Below are positions 62,201 through 64,000 of a stretch of 64,000 nucleotides of DNA, one piece after another. The position numbers and the translations under genes were made by a program. The stretch lies in contig NW_025964334.1 in the NCBI RefSeq assembly GCF_023055435.1, positions 49,352,001 through 49,416,000 on the forward strand, in the 5' to 3' direction. The notes under the pieces are model-generated. The model saw only the letters and a list, made by a program, of their open reading frames with translations, ran no database searches and was not told the DNA's origin. This stretch comes from Haliotis rufescens (Eukaryota). Within the stretch, counting starts at the first letter, position 1, and every line of letters starts with the position of its first letter.

Positions 62201-63515
62201 CCAGAACTAACAGAGTGGGTTTGGCTTTCCCTTTACGTCAATCAGTATTCCAGCAGCTCCAGTCTTTGGTGATTACATTTCATGCTCTTTCTACGACGAT
62301 TTCAAAGAGAGTCATACAACTCGAAGTTGTTTTATCAGGGTTACAACTTTCAAGGCCTCAGTAAAGCTTTTTACAAACTTTGCGGAGGCCATATCCAAAT
62401 AGACGAATCAGTGACCAAAATAATGTCCGATGCACTTCCCTAGTGTGTCTTCTCCCGTGTCTTTTCAGGTGGCCACTTTACTTGCCATTGCATGTGTTTA
62501 TGATGGGTGCCACCTTTGAGGCAGGATGTTTTCGCGAACACCTAGTGTCATCACTATTTGATAGTGATTAATAAACACATGCTCATGATATGGTCGGAAT
62601 CGTACATTTGACTCGTACATGGAAAGGGTTCTGTCGCTTTTATTTGGATGTAGAATATTGCATAGTGTTCTCTTTTACCAGATATGATTGACTAGTTATG
62701 GCTTTAGCATTATTCCAGCGATATCACGGCAGTGGACACCAGACATCGAGCCCGTAACGAGAGATCGCTTAAACCACTTGGCTCCCACACCACTGTACTT
62801 CTCAAATTCCCTAACTATAACAATAGCTTACGCTTTCTACCTTATAAACTTCATGTTTGACAAAAAGCTTTAACCAATTGATAAGCACATCACCCATCTT
62901 GTACCATAAGGTTAACATCATTTACCAAAGGGTATCGTTTCAGTTTTGAAAGCGTTGTTTGTTTGTACCAATGATTTGTTGTTTGCACTAATAAATTATG
63001 TTTTGGAGTATTCATGTCGTAAAAAAGCTGAAGAAAAACTAAGCTGCATCTCCTCAACTAAGTTACACCCTTCTTACCCTATGTAACGTTTCGTTTAAGC
63101 ACGTTAACCTCTACCAACAGGGTAATGTAATGATACAATGGTGTCCATCACATAAGATCTTTACATAATCCATCTTCTTTCTGGTATCTTCTAGTGTCTT
63201 ACATTGATAAGGACATTTTGGATATAGGAAGATATAGTATGCCAAAGTTATTTGTCAAAGAAAAAACAGTAACAGCATAAACATTACATGGAAATCTTCT
63301 AAAGGTCTGGTAACCTATTGGCCTGAACCCACGTGAATCCAATGTGGAATGATGTGTAGGGCCAAGTGTCAGGTGTTTCTGACTGGAACTGCAATCTGTT
63401 CTCGACGATGTTGCAGGTCCCTGTGCTGCTGGTGTAGTGGGGCTGAAGATGCCGCGATACTGTCTGTTTGGAGACACAGTCAACACAGCATCTAGGATGG
63501 AGTCCACGGGTGAAG
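8674..63515 (+). CDS. Receptor-type guanylyl cyclase (atrial natriuretic peptide receptor-like); spliced gene span, 21 coding exons in window, 3' end beyond window
   Basis: 21 exons with GT-AG boundaries and compatible phases join into an open frame of about 992 aa. Features: signal peptide; ECD motifs [43 protein letters not shown]; TM helix; kinase-homology domain ([22 protein letters not shown]); cyclase motifs [39 protein letters not shown]. Confidence 0.96.
11596..12048. repeat. 23-bp minisatellite
   Basis: Unit ttatgtgtgaataccgtagagag, alternating with ...acaccgcagaca. Confidence 0.92.
13208..13462 (+). mobile_element. SINE-like family B (no tRNA head)
   Basis: cccgt..gatc.gggttagaat..gtcgtaaga..ctaacgggatcgggtggtcag..tgagtgcggcgtt-(aaac)n. 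Confidence 0.8.
14549..15448. repeat. 62-bp minisatellite, about 14 copies
   Basis: Unit agtgctgatgaaagtagtccacactacaggtgtaggagtatctgtgaccatctctctcatct. Confidence 0.95.
16178..16455 (-). mobile_element. SINE family C (tRNA-Leu-like head, long A-B spacer)
   Basis: On the minus strand: gggtggcccagttgtctaaggcgcc...gtgggttcgaatccc...aaagcggcgttaaac-(cact)n; TSD taatgacca. Confidence 0.85.
17291..17447 (-). mobile_element. SINE family A
   Basis: Antisense copy; TSD gttaagccaa. Confidence 0.85.
18289..18520 (+). mobile_element. SINE-like family B
   Basis: Same consensus as the 13208 and 42819 copies. Confidence 0.8.
18735..18880 (-). mobile_element. Penelope-associated 3' motif copy
   Basis: Minus strand gtgacgggtgtcaccggtggggcaggatacgctcacctttccgcgaacacc. 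Other copies near 9968, 10480, 16595, 43198, 46812, 59712, 60980 and 62485. Confidence 0.7.
19198..19363 (+). mobile_element. SINE family A
   Basis: Near full-length copy. Confidence 0.85.
20012..20131 (+). CDS. rGC exon 2
   Basis: ttcacag|GC..ACA G|gtaaaa; [39 protein letters not shown]; phase 1-1; absent from the ORF track. Confidence 0.93.
20865..22277. repeat. About 11-bp-unit satellite (tacaagtcagt / tacaagtcaca) with 77-bp higher-order blocks
   Basis: Continuous array of acaagt-based units; the ORFs here are repeat artefacts. Confidence 0.92.
25815..26357. mobile_element. Non-autonomous TIR DNA element (family F)
   Basis: About 75-bp imperfect TIRs catcttccc.agg.aagggagttaa.tgac..taaaagtccagttt; termini CA..TG; second copy at 55940-56461. 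Confidence 0.8.
26533..26698 (-). mobile_element. SINE family A
   Basis: Antisense full-length copy; TSD gtatg(g/c)gtaaga. Confidence 0.87.
28399..28835 (+). pseudogene. Mariner transposase N-terminal remnant
   Basis: Manual translation across frameshifts and stops: [55 protein letters not shown]. Confidence 0.82.
28839..29097 (+). mobile_element. SINE family C, 5'-truncated
   Basis: Highly similar to the reverse complement of 16178-16430; abuts the mariner remnant. Confidence 0.85.
29301..29591 (+). CDS. rGC exon 3
   Basis: ttaccag|GG..CGT G|gtaaga; [29 protein letters not shown]...AADNAR. Confidence 0.93.
30446..30750 (+). CDS. rGC exon 4
   Basis: cctacag|TT..AAG|gtaaaa; [22 protein letters not shown]...[19 protein letters not shown]...YGEEK. 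Confidence 0.93.
30923..31201 (-). mobile_element. SINE family D (MetaSINE-like), 5'-truncated
   Basis: Perfect 13-bp TSD tatcgagttaaag at 30910-30922 and 31202-31214. Confidence 0.87.
31924..32270 (+). mobile_element. SINE family D (tRNA head, Meta-like core, internal (CA)n)
   Basis: A and B boxes; core gtcatacaaaaagac..ggcattaaggg..gactgg; perfect 13-bp TSD tcctattggaaag. The Meta assignment is from recall. Confidence 0.87.
33338..34221. mobile_element. Tc1-derived MITE hosting a nested insertion
   Basis: Ends taaactgccaggcaaaag / ctttcatttgcccggcagtg. The same TIR occurs at 20180-20261, about 40080 and about 41350. Confidence 0.65.
33565..34150 (+). mobile_element. Non-autonomous AcademH-like element with RecQ-helicase fragment
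   Basis: Long TIR caatctcat.aaaatc.gatcttagttc; internal [21 protein letters not shown] / [13 protein letters not shown]. Confidence 0.72.
34369..34504 (+). CDS. rGC exon 5
   Basis: ttttcag|GTG..CTA G|gtggga; [23 protein letters not shown]...MWNETVL. Confidence 0.93.
34518..35660. repeat. About 40-bp minisatellite filling intron 5
   Basis: Unit agaccatcctcgagtgtccagtgtattatatatccattcc. Confidence 0.93.
35800..35891 (+). CDS. rGC exon 6
   Basis: ctcttag|GT..CAG|gtgtgc; [31 protein letters not shown]. Confidence 0.93.
36478..36619. other. Assembly gap (N run) in intron 6
   Basis: Ns; a partial antisense SINE D follows at about 36620-36710. Confidence 0.99.
36825..36969 (+). CDS. rGC exon 7
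   Basis: tctatag|GTT..CCA G|gtaggt; [11 protein letters not shown]...[29 protein letters not shown], including the juxtamembrane Cys pair. Confidence 0.92.
36990..38290. repeat. 32-bp minisatellite just after exon 7
   Basis: Unit tataatgtatggcttatcatacataacctgtc; longer variant units at the 5' end. Confidence 0.93.
39242..39480 (+). mobile_element. SINE-like family B
   Basis: TSD tgatataatgt. Confidence 0.82.
39838..39972. repeat. Imperfect palindrome with twin cactcgtg motifs (non-autonomous DNA element end)
   Basis: gattatat..gtgttcatgtca.actat..acgacactcgtg..taaatt...aattta..cactcgtgtcgt..atagt.tgacatgaacac..atataatc. Confidence 0.65.
40329..41234. mobile_element. Possible solo LTR
   Basis: tgaag...cttca inverted ends and an antisense polyA signal; no TSD found. 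Confidence 0.25.
40867..41042. mobile_element. pogo/Tigger-like MITE
   Basis: Perfect 24-bp TIR cagtaaactacggttataacgaac; internal ttataacgaac repeats; TA at the right end. Confidence 0.88.
42509..42593 (+). CDS. rGC exon 8 (transmembrane helix)
   Basis: cttacag|AT..AG|gtaagc; [29 protein letters not shown]. Confidence 0.93.
42819..43063 (+). mobile_element. SINE-like family B
   Basis: Same 5' start cccgtgaag; (aaac)n tail. Confidence 0.82.
43356..43620 (-). mobile_element. SINE family C, diverged
   Basis: Core agcacgggtatggtgctgacaaacct; another diverged copy near 24415-24635. Confidence 0.7.
44425..46022. repeat. 30-bp minisatellite, about 53 copies, with 90/120-bp higher-order blocks
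   Basis: Unit gattgtgtggtaacaatgcatgacctggct. Confidence 0.95.
47630..47800 (-). pseudogene. Harbinger transposase N-terminal remnant
   Basis: [38 protein letters not shown] resembles the W.H.I..R...GE...LV.EL.....RF..YFRMS start of PIF/Harbinger nucleases. Confidence 0.65.
48345..48604 (-). mobile_element. SINE-like family B, antisense, about 47 nt upstream of exon 9
   Basis: TSD ataaaaatg. Confidence 0.85.
48652..48763 (+). CDS. rGC exon 9 (intracellular juxtamembrane)
   Basis: ccaaag|A..ATC|gtaagt; [37 protein letters not shown]. The AAG acceptor is weak but phase 2 fits exon 8. Confidence 0.85.
48770..49485. repeat. About 31-bp minisatellite starting right after the exon 9 donor
   Basis: Unit ctttatcgctagaaacacaatgaaaccctgt and variants. 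Confidence 0.92.
49488..50355. mobile_element. TA-flanked MITE (Tc1/mariner type) hosting a nested element
   Basis: TA|cagtcaatgtgtaaactgactgaaattt ... aaatttcagtcattttacacattgactg; the right terminus is partly duplicated. Confidence 0.78.
49629..50119 (-). mobile_element. Non-autonomous AcademH-like element
   Basis: About 100-bp TIRs; perfect 9-bp TSD gccaccaac; minus strand [14 protein letters not shown]. Confidence 0.78.
50661..50738 (+). CDS. rGC exon 10
   Basis: ttgctag|GCC..AAG|gtgaga; [26 protein letters not shown]. Confidence 0.88.
50727..52300. repeat. 26-bp minisatellite derived from the exon 10 end and donor, interrupted by an insertion and grading into a 52-bp diverged dimer
   Basis: Unit ggagtatataag|gtgagaatatggt(a/c). 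Confidence 0.85.
50839..51443. mobile_element. Palindrome-bearing insertion without TSD
   Basis: About 145-bp hairpin at 50841-50984; ends ttattag/ctaataa; splits one 26-bp unit. Confidence 0.7.
52564..52641 (+). CDS. rGC exon 11 (kinase-homology VAVK)
   Basis: caccag|GGC..CAG|gtgacg; [26 protein letters not shown]. Confidence 0.92.
53035..53139 (+). CDS. rGC exon 12
   Basis: ttgtcag|GTG..CAG|gtactt; [35 protein letters not shown]. Confidence 0.95.
53401..53577. mobile_element. pogo/Tigger-like MITE
   Basis: TA|cagtaaagcctcgttaactcgaa ... ttcgaattaacgaggtttcgctg|TA. Confidence 0.8.
53664..53735 (+). CDS. rGC exon 13
   Basis: attccag|GAC..AGG|gtaggt; [24 protein letters not shown]. The donor is duplicated by the downstream minisatellite. 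Confidence 0.92.
53718..55655. repeat. 42-bp minisatellite (about 45 copies) derived from the exon 13 end and donor
   Basis: Proximal unit ctcagagatattgccagg|gtaggtttacatatagggtctccg; distal unit gtcagagatattgtcagggaaggttaacatatagggtctctg. Confidence 0.95.
55940..56461. mobile_element. Non-autonomous TIR DNA element (family F), second copy
   Basis: Colinear with 25815-26357; right TIR partly deleted. Confidence 0.8.
56556..56724 (+). CDS. rGC exon 14
   Basis: cacacag|GGT..GAG A|gtgagt; [36 protein letters not shown]. Confidence 0.95.
56879..57312 (-). mobile_element. SINE family D, antisense, with (CTCAC)n tail
   Basis: Reverse complement of the 31924 family; reads (gtgag)n on the + strand at 56883-56951. 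Confidence 0.82.
57491..57634 (+). CDS. rGC exon 15
   Basis: acattag|AG..CAA G|gtgagg; [31 protein letters not shown]. Confidence 0.94.
59170..59370. other. Assembly gap (N run) in intron 15
   Basis: Ns; exons 15 and 16 remain phase-compatible across it. Confidence 0.99.
59430..59598 (+). CDS. rGC exon 16
   Basis: attccag|AT..GG|gtaaga; [16 protein letters not shown]...[24 protein letters not shown]. Confidence 0.94.
59905..60343. repeat. 44-bp minisatellite (10 copies) containing the exon 17 acceptor
   Basis: Unit tatattgttgactccag|gtctaagactgacaactgttacgcc. Confidence 0.95.
60328..60474 (+). CDS. rGC exon 17 (coiled-coil/dimerisation helix)
   Basis: actccag|G..AG|gtaggt; [48 protein letters not shown]. 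The acceptor is duplicated by the upstream minisatellite. Confidence 0.93.
60802..60925 (+). CDS. rGC exon 18 (cyclase)
   Basis: ttgacag|G..GAG|gtgagt; [41 protein letters not shown]. Confidence 0.96.
61616..61684 (+). CDS. rGC exon 19 (cyclase)
   Basis: tttacag|GTT..AAG|gtcagt; [23 protein letters not shown]. Confidence 0.96.
61990..62164 (+). CDS. rGC exon 20 (cyclase)
   Basis: ccccag|GTG..ACA G|gtgact; [19 protein letters not shown]...RIGIHT. Confidence 0.96.
63417..63515 (+). CDS. rGC exon 21 (cyclase)
   Basis: gttgcag|GT..GAA G|gtaagc; [33 protein letters not shown]. Confidence 0.96.
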
Positions 63516-63649
63516 GTAAGCGTATACATACTTGTAATGGAAAATGAATTTGACATTTTAAATGATACATTTGGAAAGCTTTATGATGGCACCTCCATAA
63601 TTATTATTACACATTTTGGGAGTGTACTCTGACTGAATGCATGTGTCAC

Positions 63650-63975
63650 AAAACCGATGAAGGATTTAGACAGAATTTGTCAACACCTGATGAAGGATTA
63701 AGACAGAATTTGTCAACACCCGATGAAGGATTTAGACGAAATTTGTCAACACCCAATAAATGATTTAGACAGAATTTGTCAACAACCGATGAAGGATTTA
63801 GACAGACTTTGTCAGCACCTGATGAAGGATTTAGACAGAATTTGTCAACACCTGATGAAGGATTTAGACAGAATTTGCACAGACGGAGCATGTCATACAC
63901 CTGATGAAGTATGCAGACAGAATATTTCGTGCAACTGATGAAGGTTCAGCCTGCAAATATCATACACCTGATGGA
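63650..63975. repeat. 33-bp minisatellite after exon 21
   Basis: Unit ctgatgaaggatttagacagaatttgtcaacac. Confidence 0.9.
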
Positions 63976-64000
63976 GGGGTGCGTTGTGCCTATCGGGAAT

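Noticed and set aside
63650-63975. CTGATGA-containing 33-bp repeat as tandem hammerheads; similar motif at about 3970
   Set aside because: No copy combines an intact CTGATGA, a convincing stem II, GAAA and a cleavage triplet. At most these are decayed remnants.

Overview
Animal genomic DNA, AT-rich and repeat-dense. The repeat families suggest a mollusc, possibly a gastropod such as abalone; this is from recall and unverified. The window is dominated by one + strand gene for a single-pass receptor guanylyl cyclase (natriuretic-peptide-receptor-like). I traced 21 GT-AG coding exons by hand from ATG 8674 to 63515. They join in frame without stops (2977 nt, about 992 codons) and encode a signal peptide, an ANF-receptor extracellular domain, a TM helix, a pseudokinase domain, a coiled-coil and most of the cyclase domain. 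The last exon(s) lie beyond the window. Introns and the upstream region hold a decayed Tc1 (DD34E) element, mariner and Harbinger remnants, non-autonomous TIR elements carrying a RecQ-helicase fragment (AcademH-like), several MITEs and palindromes, four SINE-like families, Penelope-like remnants and over a dozen minisatellites. The most striking observation is that many minisatellites sit at exon edges and three physically duplicate the splice site. Exon 13 has four in-frame, stop-free donors, exon 17 has ten tandem acceptors, and exon 10 has a decoy donor array. Two dispersed repeat families also carry structured RNA motifs with compensatory changes. All coordinates were read by eye and repeat boundaries are approximate.
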